From: Anolis carolinensis
Taxonomy: Eukaryota
Length of the DNA: 64,000 nt
Direction of reading: 5' to 3'
Assembly (NCBI RefSeq): GCF_035594765.1
Contig: NC_085843.1
Location: 135,695,971 to 135,759,970, forward strand
Below, piece after piece: positions 49,274-62,010 of this stretch (position 1 is its first letter; each line of letters starts with the position of its first letter). The translations under genes and the position numbers were made by a program. Below the pieces are notes generated by a model. The model made no database searches and was not told the DNA's origin. It saw nothing but the letters and a program-made list of their open reading frames with translations.

Positions 49274-52200
49274 TTTTTTAGTATGTCATGTGAACTTTGC
49301 ATTCAGTTTAATTTACTGCTTTTTCCCTTATGTACATCGTTTCATCGTAGCGAAAGATGATACATTCTACAAAGATTTCTGCAATTCATGCACTTTAGAA
49401 TAACGATGTAAACAAAACAGTGCATGAAATGGTGCCTGAAGAAAAGTGTGCCTTTCAGCTAATGGGGGCTAATAATGGGGTCTAATGGGCCTGAGCGGCA
49501 CTCTATCAGAGGCGGAGGCAGCAGCGTGTGTGCAGAGCAGCCTCACTAATCAGGAAAGCTGCGGTTCCCCATTTGCTTTCTTCTCTGTCAGCCTCCTACA
49601 TCCCTTTCTGAAGCCCAACCCCACCCCCTATCTGCTTGAGGCAAATGGGAACTTGCTTTCCCAGCAGAACTTTGTGGCACAAGCTTTAAGGGAGCCTTGT
49701 GCTCCCTCCTGGGACATGATAGGAGTTGAGGTCTTTCTCTCTGTGTGTTTCTCACCTTCTTTCTCAGCCAATCAGAGGCTTGGTTGACTCTGTCCATTCC
49801 TCCTCTCTGGTGCCACGTGCTTGGCTTAGTTCAGTTCCTTTTTTTATTTTCACTGCTTCCCAGTTAGACTTGATTTACATAATTTATCCAGCTTTCCCAC
49901 CCCTCTGATAATGAATTGTCAGTAAGTAGCTCTTCTTTAATCAGAGAATTCAGCTCTCCACCTCTCTATATTTTACTACATTAGACCGTAAGATCAAGAT
50001 TTATACTTACTAATTTTCATCTTGTATGTTGTAATTAGCTTTGAATATCCAAGTCCATGGCTTTTGAATATTTAAAAAGATTATATGTCCTACATGTTAC
50101 ATATGAACATTGTCCCTGGACATTTGTTTTGCATGAGGAGAAACAATTGCATCTTATATTTGGGCACTGTTGTGATTTAGTATTAAACTACAAAGATAGC
50201 ACAATACTACCACTACATAGGATATCAGATGTACACTCAACAAATAATTCTGATGGATTTATGGTTGTTGTGTGCTTCCCTTCCCATTTGTGGGAAATAG
50301 CAGTCTAAACTTTATACAAATTGTGTATATATGCTTGAAGATCACCAGTCACCTTATGGTGAGCCTCATGAATTTAGTAGATAGTTTTTTCTTTGTTTTT
50401 ACAAAATTCTAGGAATAGTCAAATATATTTTTACTCTGAAATACTAACCAGAGCTAACCTTATCAAGCTTTGAAGATTAGATGGGATCTAGTGCCTTTGG
50501 AGCATTTAGGTATGCAAGTTACCCTCTCCTAATCTGATCCTTTCACGGAATCTGTGAATCCCTATTTAATATGCTAAAGTAATGTTGTGAGGGTGGAATT
50601 CTTCCAATATATGTATGTGAAAACACTTCTAAGCACAATTTTATGCATTTGAAAATAGCATGGAAACAATGAAACAGTTGTTTTGGGTGTGCTTTTATAC
50701 ATACCACTGAATGATATCTCGGCAGTTGCAGAATTACACAAGGGCATATGCTGTTGTATACTTCTTTATACTTCAGCACTGTTCTGCTGTGTCCATAGCT
50801 CTCAGTAAAGAGTCTAGGGAAGCTCTGTCTGGTGGCTTGCCTGCCAACAGATTTGTTAATTAGTTTCTGTTTGGCTTTTACATGGAATGTTTAGGTACTA
50901 TAAATAAGTCCTCATTGGAATACGTGTGAAAAAATACAAGTATTTTTAACATATGCAGACATGTGCCAACATACATATATATGTGAAACTGCTTTCCTTC
51001 CCATATGATTTCCCTTAAAGAACAGTATTGGAAGGCAGAGGGGAAAATATGTATAGATTCATTTTTTTTCCACCATGATTGTTGTCCTAATGCATCTCTT
51101 GGACTCTTTGCTAGATCCACTATGGATCTGGGGTTTCATATGGTTACCCGCTCTCCCATATAACTATTGTTGATAATGTGGTTTTCTACAACATGTAGCA
51201 TAATATCTAGCCCACACCTGTTTAAAAAATGAGAATAAAGAAAAAATTGGGAAGGCCATATAATTTGATTAATGGCTGATTTCAAGCCTGCTCAACATTT
51301 GGCTAGAGATTAGAATTAGGATGCTATAATTCATAGCAAGAATTCTGTATGAAAATGCCAGCCATGCATACATGCTAAAACACAGTACTTGACTGAAGTA
51401 TTACACCATTAAATTTCATTTGCTGGTATAAAGCTTGCATGTCTGTTTTTTCGCCCTTGTTCTTCACCTCCTTTGAGTTTTAGCTCTTAGTATAGTTGAA
51501 TTGTTTCTGTCAAAAAAAGGAAGGGGTTTGTGCCTATTAATGCTATCCAATTTAAAGCAAATCAAAAAGTTCAAATTGAGGATTCAATGGAATGCAGCAC
51601 TGGGGTAGAGGTTTCTACCATCAAGAAAAAGTGAATATTAGTTAATTTAGTTTTCTGTTACAGAACATGGATTTTTAATTCTCAGCTCCAAATGCAATTT
51701 CTTTTAATTCTATTTTATGTCCATCAAATTGTATTGTCCACTACGGATGAGCCTTCCATTGAACCTAGCATAAAATTTCTATTAAATTCCAGCTCAATTA
51801 GAAATGCCTTGTTTCATTATACATCCTATTTAAATGATTATTGGAGGACCAATCCCTCACAAAAGGGCCCACACGGGTGAATAAAAGCCGCTCCAATAAT
51901 CCACTTCTTTATGATTTAATTCACTAAATATTCAGTCATCCTTGTATGCTCTGAAAAGGACCCTTTAAGAATCCGAAATGGTTTTGTTGAGATTTGCATC
52001 TTGCCCATTGGAAAAAAAGCTAATCAAGAATGGAGGGGGTGGTATCTCAATAGCTGGCATGTCTGAGTGTCCTTGAAGTACCTTCAAACACAAGAATATG
52101 CTAAGTGTGCATAGTTACCAATGAAAACAAACTCTTTGCTTTCTGTTAAATATATGTGTGATAATCAGCTTTAGTGAATAAATGGTGACACCTTTCTGTA

Positions 52201-52290
52201 TATTTCTGGTTTCCTAGTATGGAAATGAGAAGCCATACAAAGTGGACTCCCGCACATGTCAATGATTTTGAGTGATGGTATTTGTGTGTG

Positions 52291-52557
52291 GGAGCCTCCG
52301 ATGGCCTAGGGGATAAAAGCCTTGTGACTTGAAGGTTGGGTTGCTGACCTGAAGACTGCCAGGTTTGAATCCCACCCAGGGAGAGCGCGGATGAGCTCCT
52401 TCTATCAGCTCCAGCTCCATGCAGGGACATGAGAGAAGCCTCCCACAAGGATGGTAAAAACATCCACATATCCGGGCAACCCCTGGGCAACGTCCTTGCA
52501 GATGGCCAATTCTCTCACTCCAGAAGCAACTCAGGTTGCTCCTGACATGGAAAAAAA
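52291..52557 (+). mobile_element. tRNA-derived SINE, full length, A-tailed
   Basis: A-box-like tggcctagggg, B-box-like ggtttgaatccc, A tail, TSD ttgtgtgtg (52282-90, 52558-66). Highly similar to the 56628 copy. Confidence 0.9.
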
Positions 52558-54009
52558 TTGTGTGTGAGAAAGAGAGTTTACGCATATTTGTATGTGTATA
52601 AATAAGAGTATAGCTATAAATGGGGTATGTATATATCTCTATATCTATTTATTTATAATAGATAGATATTTATATACATGGAATGCATTTGCATAGCAGA
52701 GAGGAGAGAAACTGCAGAGGCTGTGACCATATCCAATTTGTGACTATGGCCTTGTGTACGACTGGAATAACACAAGTTCTCAACTATGATATGTGAGCCA
52801 AAGTACATTTCCTAACCCTAGTATACATGAACAGAGATGCCTACAGAGATGTTGCAAAATGCCAACATTTGTAGTTAAATTATATTTAAATCCAAATTTA
52901 ATGGGAGGATCCTAAGTCAAGGCACACATAATCCAAAGCAAGGCAAATTATTTTGACATGTGAGATAGAACACCCTACACATCAGGAACAATCTCTGGCA
53001 GCAAAATAGAAAACTGAACAGCCAACAGTTTGCTGTCTTTTCACAATTCTCAGAATTTGTGGTCTGAAGCAGGTATGATAGTCCGCCTTATTTCAGTAAT
53101 TTGTTGTAAAATATCAAATGGCAGGCCAGGTTTACTTGTTTATTGGTGATCACTTAACAATCTTTATTATTGAAAGTCAATACAAATTGTAATGTGTTTT
53201 ACTTCAAAAGGAGGGAACATGATTCATGAACAAGGCACACTGGTTATGAGAAGGAAGCCACAAAGCATTAAGTATCCCTTTCAATTATATCAATACTGTT
53301 TTCTGGTGTAAGGCTGGCATTACTTCAGTACTCTCTAACAGGACAATAGTACATCTGAACCTAAATGAGAATCACAAGCACTCTCATAGTAATGCCCTGG
53401 TGCTTTGCTGGAGTGCTGCTGAAGTCTGTTTCTCACACACTCCTGTCAACAAGTTCTTCCTCATTAAATTAGAAATCTAATTTTATTTCCAGTAAGCCAT
53501 TATAAGTCATTAAATCATCAAAAGCTATTTGAATATAACTGCAGTTTTTTTACTTCCTTTTAATTGCATTGTCTATTTTTGAACATGGGATGTGTTTGTG
53601 TTGTGTGTTATGTACACATAAATCATAGTAATCCAATATGAATGTATTAATATAGATTGATGCAGTATGTGTGTGTGAGAGAGGGTGTTCAAATCTTTGA
53701 ATAGAAGATCTGCAGGTGACAGTAAGATTTGTTTCTATTACTTTATCTACTTAACAGGTGGCAGAACTGGTGCTTGAATCAAAGGCTGACATGATTCACT
53801 GATGGCTCTGTTTTTCACCAGGGAGTTAGTGCAATTGCTTTAAATATCACTAAGCCTTTAGTTGAGTTTTTGCATATCTAACAAAGATTTACAATAACCA
53901 CCATAGTGGTGTGTCCAAACAGCTAATGGACAACTTGAAATGTTATTCAGTAACACATTTTTTTGTTACAAAACATCAGTGATAGAAGGTATCAATTGGG
54001 ATTTCATTA

Positions 54010-54185
54010 GGCTTTTGAGTTCTGTTGTTGATGTTTTAAAAAGTGCTTTTAGGATGTTTTTAAGATGTTTTTAAAGATGTTTTCAATATGTTTTTTAAAT
54101 TGTTGATTTTAGCCGGTTCTTGTAAGCCGCTCCGAGCCCTAGGGGAGTGGCGGCATATAAGTTTGAAAAATAAATAAATAAAAAA
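54010..54185 (+). mobile_element. L2-type 3' end
   Basis: tgtaagccgctccgagccctaggggagtggcggcat stem-loop followed by an (aaat) tail. Confidence 0.65.
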
Positions 54186-54341
54186 TTACACTCGAGCATT
54201 TATCCACTTCAATCCACTTTAAATGCTGTGACTGTCTCCTGCAGAATTGTGGTGTTTGTAGTTTAGGGAGGCCCAGGGATTCTCTGGATGAGCAGTTTAA
54301 GGGTCCCTCCCTAAGTTGCAAACCCCAGAATTCCCCTGTTT

Positions 54342-54372
<31 letters not shown>

Positions 54373-55533
54373 TTGTTATTTCACTCTTCGCCCATGAAGG
54401 TATAAATTTTCCCATTTTACATCTATATTAGTATAATAACACAAGTTAGCCTTGAGGAAAAAATTGCATTAAGGTGTCCAAGTGACCATCATGGCTAAAT
54501 AGGAATTCTTGGTCAAGTCTCCCCAGGTTCAACCCAACTGTGCCCCCATGTGCACTAAAATGGAGTAAAATGTATATAGATTATTGACCTAAGTATTAAT
54601 AAATATTGAGAATATGATGAACTGATAATTTAGAGGTTTCATAAAAGAAACATTAATTTGAGAGTATGAAAAATAGATACCAAGATATTGTACATTTGTG
54701 GTTGCTTTGCCAGAAACAAAATTTTATCTGCAGGAAATATGTCTAATTGTCTATACAAAAAAATTATTTTCTGTGCAAAAAAAGTAATTTCAGTGTAGAA
54801 AATACTGGAATTGGGGACTTTATGTTATGCAAAATTCATATGTGTGTGACTTGCATAGAAAACAACTTTTTCGGAAAAAGAGTGTTATTTCTTTTATTGA
54901 ATGTACTTTTTGTACATGTGTAATACAACTTTGCATAGATGTTGCAAAGAATTTGTCCTAAATTGTGAATAAGCTTTTTAAACTGCTTTGTTTTTGATGA
55001 CTTTCTTGCTGTAGAGATCAATTATTAAAATTACTTGTTTCCTGGAGAGCAAAAACTCATTGAAGGAGTACATCACTACACCATATAGCTACAAGTTTGG
55101 AACTGTGAAAACAAGGACCTGCCTGCTACCATCCTTGATGTCCAGTAAATGTAGTTCTGCAACAACCTTAAAAGTGCCTGCATTAGAAGTTTATATCCAA
55201 TATATGCCACCAACATCATTCAAGTCAATGAAGGATTTTTAAAAGATGTGTTTTCCTTGTCTGACATGTCATAAAACCTTTTGTCCTGAAAAACAGAATT
55301 ATCTGCACAAACACTTTTTTTTTGCAAAATCACTGTTTCTAGAGCAAAAAATGAGGTGTGGAAATACAGTGATTGACACATTCATAAATTCATTTTTTAT
55401 GCTGCTAAGGTAAATTGTAGAATTGTGTAACAAAAATTATGAGAATGGGGAAAAGACATAACTATATATTAGGACTACAGTCCAACAGTGTAGCAATTCC
55501 ACCATGGATGTTGTGGCTCATTGGGTATCAGAG

Positions 55534-56458
55534 TGTTTTGCCCAGCCTGAGATTGGGCCAATTCAGCCAGTGATTGTTCCTGCACCTGCCTTGCCAGAGG
55601 ACTCTGGGTTTGGGCCTGAGATGCAGCCAGAGTTTGTCCCAGTGGATTCTCAGACCAGAGACAGAATGGTTGCAAGCAGGCATTGTGAACCACATTCCTC
55701 CCAGTAGCATTCCTCCCCGCAGTCAAGGTCAGATCTCCAGGTGCCAAATTGACATTCTAGTTTAGAGGAGGATAATGAGTTTGACAGGAAAGCAGCGATA
55801 ACTCATCGGAGGAGGGAACGAGAATGTTTGCGGAGAAGCAAATGGTTGCTTTTGAAGCAGTCTAATTAGTAGTTTTCTCATGAGAGGAAGACCTTGGATT
55901 TTCCTTAAAATGGCTTGCTTTCTCTGCCACAGCCAGAGGTGGCCACATTGCTTATTCAAGAAAGAAGGATCTTTGCTCTGTGCTCCTGTGTATTCCTGCA
56001 GCCGTGTATCCTGCTTCAAGTTCCAGCCTTGCCTTGGCCTTTGAACCCAGTTGGATATTCCAGTGACTTTGCCGTATGGTTTTTATTCCAATCAAGATCC
56101 TTGCCTTGTGTTTCATCATTGACTTTATACCTTGGACTACCTTGGAGTTAATCCTGCACTCTAGTCTTGTTTTCCTGTGGTTATCCTTGATTCATGCCTT
56201 GGAAATAATCCTGTTCGGACTATTCTTGATATCTCTTGGGACTTACTTTGATATTCAGTTTTGGACTATGCTCTTTGAGTGGTTTTTATAGATTCTTGCT
56301 TCATGAACTTCAAGTACCTTGCTCTTGTAGATTTAAACCTATTCTACTGACTCTGAACTTTATTGTGCTTTTGCTTGCATATAACCTTCAATGCACAACT
56401 TGCCTGCTTATATTTTGGGGCTCCAATGTGGTTTTGAGGTGCCTAGGGGTGCAAAACA
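55534..56458 (+). mobile_element. Solo LTR (Gypsy-like), ~925 bp, older
   Basis: 8-bp terminal inverted repeats tgttttgc / gcaaaaca; cagagtg spans both junctions (TSD overlapping the termini). Same internal reading-frame motifs as the other two LTRs. Confidence 0.75.
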
Positions 56459-56627
56459 GAGTGCTATGGGATCCTTTGAACAATGCTATGAATGCTATGG
56501 GATTTATTGTATAACAGGAACTTCAGTTACTTAATAGGATGACACATAGATTGACCCAATACACTATTTGGCACTCTATGAGTGATGTAGTCATGACATC
56601 ATAACTTTACAAATTAAAGTGTCTGAT

Positions 56628-56902
56628 TTTTTTATTATTATTTTTTCATGTCAGGAGCAACCGGAGTTGCTTCTGGAGTTAGAGAATTGGCCGTCTGCAA
56701 GGACGTTGCCCAGGGGACGCCCGGATGTTTTGATGTTTTTAACCATCCTTGCGGGAGGCTTCTCTCATGTCCCCGCATGGAGCTGGAGCTGATAGAGGGA
56801 GCTCATCCACACTCTCCCCAGGTGGGATTCGAACCTGGTAGCTTTCAGGTCAGCAACCCAACCTTCAAGTCACTTAGTCCACTACGCCATCTGGGGGCTC
56901 CC
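56628..56902 (-). mobile_element. tRNA-derived SINE (same family as 52291)
   Basis: Reverse complement has A-box tggcgtagtgg and B-box ggttcgaatccc, an A-rich tail, and duplicated target agtgtctgat (56618-27, 56916-25). Confidence 0.9.
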
Positions 56903-57856
56903 AGATCTTTGTATCAGTGTCTGATACAAAGAGTTGTTGGAGTATTTTCATTAGCACAATTTCATGCACAACATAAACTAGTGAACAGAAATTCAATTTT
57001 TGTCATTAGGACAAGGAATCTTGTTCTTACTGAGAATAACAAAAATGCTCATAAAGATCCCTCATCTTTGTACTTTGTATTAATAGTAGGGTTTTCCCTC
57101 ACGTTCAGAGGTTCAAACAATGTCCCAATAGTTTTCCAGTGTACTGTAATTTAATCCAATACTTCAGGCAGTGGATTTAGATGTGGTGGCTTGCATGTAA
57201 ATGACCATCAGTAGACAACTAAGGGTTATCGTAGTTATTTTGGAATTAACCATTACGCTGTGCCCTTGTGCATATGGTGACAGTGATAGACGTTAACACC
57301 CAACAAAGTGAATCCTGTTGAAAGACTTCATTAAGTAAAATGTCAATTTTGAAAGGTAGTGTGGTACATTTTGAACATTTGGCTTGGTCTAATAAAGCTA
57401 TAACTCTACATTGGATTAGGATTTCTTTTAAGTAAATATGTTAAGCACAGCTGCCTATTCAGATTTTTCTTAACCTTGAGTCTTCAACGATGGCCTGGTG
57501 TTCCCCTCTAGCAACTCATATTTAAGATAAATGGCCTCACTTCACTTAGTAGTAGGGCTTATTTTGATTATGAAGACCAAGGGGTATTATTGATTCATAT
57601 TAAGGGTCTTTCTTCTGTTCTGGCTAATTATTCAGAAACACTCATTCTGAATTAGGTCCATTCCTTTCTTTTGGAGTGAGTATACATAAAAACCTCACAT
57701 AATAACCTCAGGTCTCCAGATCAGGGCCTTTTGTAGATCTGACTTGTACATGAGACTATAGCAAGATTGTGGGGTTCATTGATTGGCTGTGTCACCAATG
57801 ATGTTTAGCTTTTAAATGCAATTTTAATTGTATTTTATTGTATATTAACTGCATTA

Positions 57857-58283
57857 GTTATTTATTTATTTCCATTATTTCTATGCCGCCCTTCTCACCT
57901 GAAGGGACTCAGGGCGGCTCACAGTCTGGCAAGATTCAATGCCAATATACAATACAAATATAAAATAAATAAAATTATAAAATAAAATTATTATTATTAT
58001 AAAACATAAACAATTAAACCAATTAAACAGTTTAGCATAATACAATAAATACATTTAAAACAATACAATATAAAATACTTAAACCATTCATCTGTAAAAC
58101 CTTGCACATGAACCTTAATCTGGACCGGGTCATAGCCAACACAATTCACTCATTAAACACTTGCTCACAAAGCCAGGTCTTCACCTTTTTCCTAAAACTC
58201 AGAAGGGATAGGGCCTGCCGGATACCACTGGGGAGGGAGTGCCACAGCCGAGGAGCCACCACTGAGAAGGCCCTATCTCTTGC
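57857..58283 (-). mobile_element. L2 LINE 3' fragment
   Basis: Minus-strand RDRAFSVVAPRLWHSLP...SFRKKVKTWL matches the intact L2 ORF2 end; 3' stem-loop and (TAAA) tail. Confidence 0.9.
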
Positions 58284-59499
58284 ACGGGGTCAGTATCTAT
58301 GGATTTATTCATCCATGTTTGATTAAATATGCTTTCTCTAGCAATTTTCTCCAGTACAACTCTACAGTATTCACATGACAGAAGTCCCTCATTTCAATTT
58401 GGTTTGCTATTATCCATGATTGTGTGTATTCCTTTGAAATCTGAGAATGTATCATCATGGATATGGGGGTTGTGTATTTCAAATATATGCATTTTTTATT
58501 AAATACCTATAATACATATTATACAATTGCAGGTTTTTAGCCTTCCTCTTTGCCAAAACGGAGTTAAAAGTAAAAAAAAAAAAATCAAGGGGAAAAATGC
58601 ACCCCCTCCTTTTTTTCTGAGGTAAGCTTGTCAGAGCTCTAATTTTTAATTCTCGTTTTGAGAATGTCATAGGTCCTTATTGCATCTGTGAGAGTTAATT
58701 ACTTGAAGTTGAATGGGGTCAACACTGACTCACAGCAGGGAAGATAAAAAGTGCTGAGCTGCTAAATAAAGGATACTTGGTGGAGAATTTTTTATTATTA
58801 TTAAGCAGAGGCTGACAAAAGTACAGATGTTCTTTTCGGGTGATATCTTTATGTCTCATCTGAATCCTTGCTCTTCATTCAGGATGAAATGTTCCTCTGT
58901 ATATTTTGTCCCTAATGCCTTTTGAAATAGTTTCATAATTCAAATTCAATGCACCCTAAAGCCAAGCTCCATCAAGACCTTTTGAACTGCTTTGGAATTC
59001 ATGCAAGGGAGTCTAATCCTGTGTTTTAAAAAACATGAAGAGTTGGAAAATAGTTTCCCTATGTGTTGGAACTGTTGATTTTTGTAACTATTCCATCTCC
59101 ACTGCTGTTCATCAGAGTGATATAATGAATACAGTATTATGTATGAACCTATGTTATTTATAAATGTGGCCTAGGCCTAATTTGTGAATATTAATTCACA
59201 CTTACAGTTAACTATTACAATGTTCTGGGAAGGAAAAGCTGAACATTTCTGAAGACTCTCCAAATTAGAAATTGTTGATTGCTGTTAAAATCCTAGTTAA
59301 AATGTACATTTGGATTTGTTAAAGAAATGAAAGGCAGATTCCACGGATTTGGAGAGTTTAATATATATTCAATTTTATTCATTTCTTTTCATAGTAGTGG
59401 GTTACTCAGTGCTCAAGATAATTTCAGAGCAATGAAAGATTATCTGAAGTTTGTGAAGTTTTTCAATAATTAATAATATGCATACACATTTTCTACATT

Positions 59500-60216
59500 T
59501 GAGCAATGAATTCAAACTAGAATCATAGAATCATAGAATCATAGAATAGTAGAGTTGGAAGAGACCACATGGGCCATCCAGTCCAACCCCCTGCTAAGAA
59601 GCAGGAAATCGCATTCAAAGCACCCCTGACAGATGGCCATCCAGCCTCTGCTTAAAAGCCTCCAAAGAAGGAGCCTCCACCACGGCCCTGGGGAGAGAGT
59701 TCCACTGTCGAACAGCTCTCACAGTGAGAAAGTTCTTCCTGATGTTCAGGTGGAATCTCCTTTCCTGTAGTTTGAAGCCATTGTTCCGTGTCCTAGTCTG
59801 CAGGGCAGCAGAAAACAAGCTTGCTCCCTCCTCCCTATGACTTCCCTTCACGTATTTGTACATGGCTATCATGTCTCCTTTCAGCCTTCTCTTCTGCAGG
59901 CTAAACATGCCCAGCTCTTTAAGCCGCTCCTCATAGGGCTTGTTCTCCAGACCCTTAATCATTTTAGTCGCCCTCCTCTGGACGCTTTCCAGCTAGAGGA
60001 AACTAGAGGAAAAGAGGTTCCACCTGCACATTAGGAAAATATTCCTGGTGGTAAGAGCTGCTCAACAGTGGAATATGCCATCTCAGAGTTTCTTTCTTTG
60101 GAGATTTTTAAACAGAGACTTTACGATCCAAAAGTTAGAGTACTTTGATTGTATGTTCTTCCATAGCAGGGAATTGGACTGGATGACCCTTGTGATCATA
60201 ACTTTATGATTCTATG
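59500..60216 (+). mobile_element. Older CR1 3' fragment acting as target of a younger antisense CR1
   Basis: gcaatgaattcaaacta | gaggaaaagaggttccacctgcacattaggaa...ttggactggatgaccct...tatgattctatg is colinear with CR1 616-868. Confidence 0.8.
59522..59994 (-). mobile_element. Young 5'-truncated CR1
   Basis: Near-identical to 407-868 in reverse, (catagaat)x3 tail, 8-bp TSD aaactaga (59514-21, 60000-07). Confidence 0.97.
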
Positions 60217-60453
60217 AAATAGCACATATATCATTCTGTGCAAAACCTGCATATTTTTTTCATAGAAAACAGTTTTTCTGCATAGAAAATATAGGCAGTT
60301 TGGGTGAAAAAATGTGTTGCTGGTACAATGTGTCTTGCTCACAAAATATTGACTGAGATCATTGAATAAATTGATGCCATTTTAATGATAAGAATCTGTC
60401 ATTATATTTACATTTGATGATCCTTCCCCCCCCCCCCCCCCGGCAACCCTACA

Positions 60454-60561
60454 GTTTTGCTGCGAGTTTTCCGGGCTGTATGGCCATGTTACAGAAGCAT
60501 TTCTCCTGATGTTTCACCCACATCTGTGGTAAGCAAAGCATCCTTAGAGGTTGTGAGATAT
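60454..60561 (-). mobile_element. Penelope pseudo-LTR fragment with a further-decayed hammerhead core
   Basis: ttttccgggctgtatggccatg...cctgatgtttcacccacatctg...gcatccttagagg, homologous to 33435-33495. Confidence 0.75.
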
Positions 60562-61754
60562 GACAACACACCTACCATTTTAGCTTGAATAAAAGCAACC
60601 CTTATCATATGAAGCATATAATATGGAGGGTTTGTAGTAGTGACACCTCAAATTGAAGTGTTATTATGTCATGAGAAAATTTCTATCATTAGGAACTGGA
60701 CAGTACATAGGCTATGGCCATTCTCATCAAGACAAATTATTTATTACTTCCCACAATATTAAATTCATGTGGTGGAGGCAAATGCACTCCCTAATCCAAT
60801 GTATGTGGCAGAGGCTGATCTCACTCCCCACAAGCCATAGGATTGTTGCAGGCTTATTGTTCTCCCTATGTTAAATTGATCTTCCAGATATCAGTATATA
60901 TGCTGAAATCCTACTGAACTTGCCACATGAAGTAGGCAAAGACCAACTTCTAAGCCAACTACAGAAGTTAGATGCCACTCAGACAGACCTAAGTAACTGG
61001 ATCTATCCAATCTTTCAGATCCACAAGAAAACCCATGTATAGCAATCATCATGACATGATACCTGTAGGAGAACCAGAAACAAAAAAAAACCATTAGGAT
61101 AGAAGCGAGACTTTAATAGTCAGAAGTAAAGTTGTGAATAGGTAGTGAAGGAAATTTACACATTACAGGCATGATCAGAACCCTAGGCTATTTGGGTAGA
61201 AATATTGCTTGGTTGGTTATAAAAGCAGCCTAATACCACAGGTTTTTACTGTTATTTTGGACCTGTTGAGTTTGGTCGGTGCCAATAGTAGATAACGTTT
61301 TTCAGCAGGATTTCCAAATATAATGAAAAACAATCATAAACAGGAGGGAAAAACTTCAAGGTTGGGGAAAAAACAAAACCTCTATTACATGAGAAATCAA
61401 AACTGATTGATTTTTTTTTTTCATTCCTAGCAGAATGTTTGCAGAATGTGCTATTAAAACATTCAATGAGATTCTACATTAGAGACATACCTAGTTGTGA
61501 AGGTCATGTCTCCTGATTCAAACCTGCCTTAACAACCTAAGCCGAACTGAGTGACAGAGATTATTTTCTTCTGCCAATTGGACTGCAGCAGAATGACATT
61601 TCCAAATGTCTCCCACTAGCGGTCTCTGTGTGACCACTCTCCAGTTTCTATTGACTGGATATTGATGTTGAGAGCGACTGGAAACATGATCCTTGCCAAT
61701 CCTAATCACTAGCAGAACACAACACACCTCCATTGCTCAATGTGGCTGCTAACT

Positions 61755-61756
<2 letters not shown>

Positions 61757-61812
<56 letters not shown>

Positions 61813-62010
61813 CTTTATTTATACCCCGCCACCATCTCCCCAATGGGGACTCGGGGCGGCTAACATGGGGCCATGCCCAGAGCAATACAACATAATAAGA
61901 TATAAAAACAAACATATCATAGCACCATTCAAAATACAATAAATAATAATAAACAGAACATCAAGAAATCAAAAAAACAATAAACATAATTAACATATTA
62001 ACATAACCTT
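61757..62010 (-). mobile_element. L2-type 3' end with long (TTA)n tail
   Basis: (aat)n at 61757-61810, then the tataccccgccaccatctcccc..ggggactcggggcggc stem-loop and AT-rich UTR. Confidence 0.75.

Noticed and set aside
52291-52390. tRNA gene (A and B boxes), also at 56800-56902
   Set aside because: No cloverleaf; these are SINE heads with a body, A tail and TSD.
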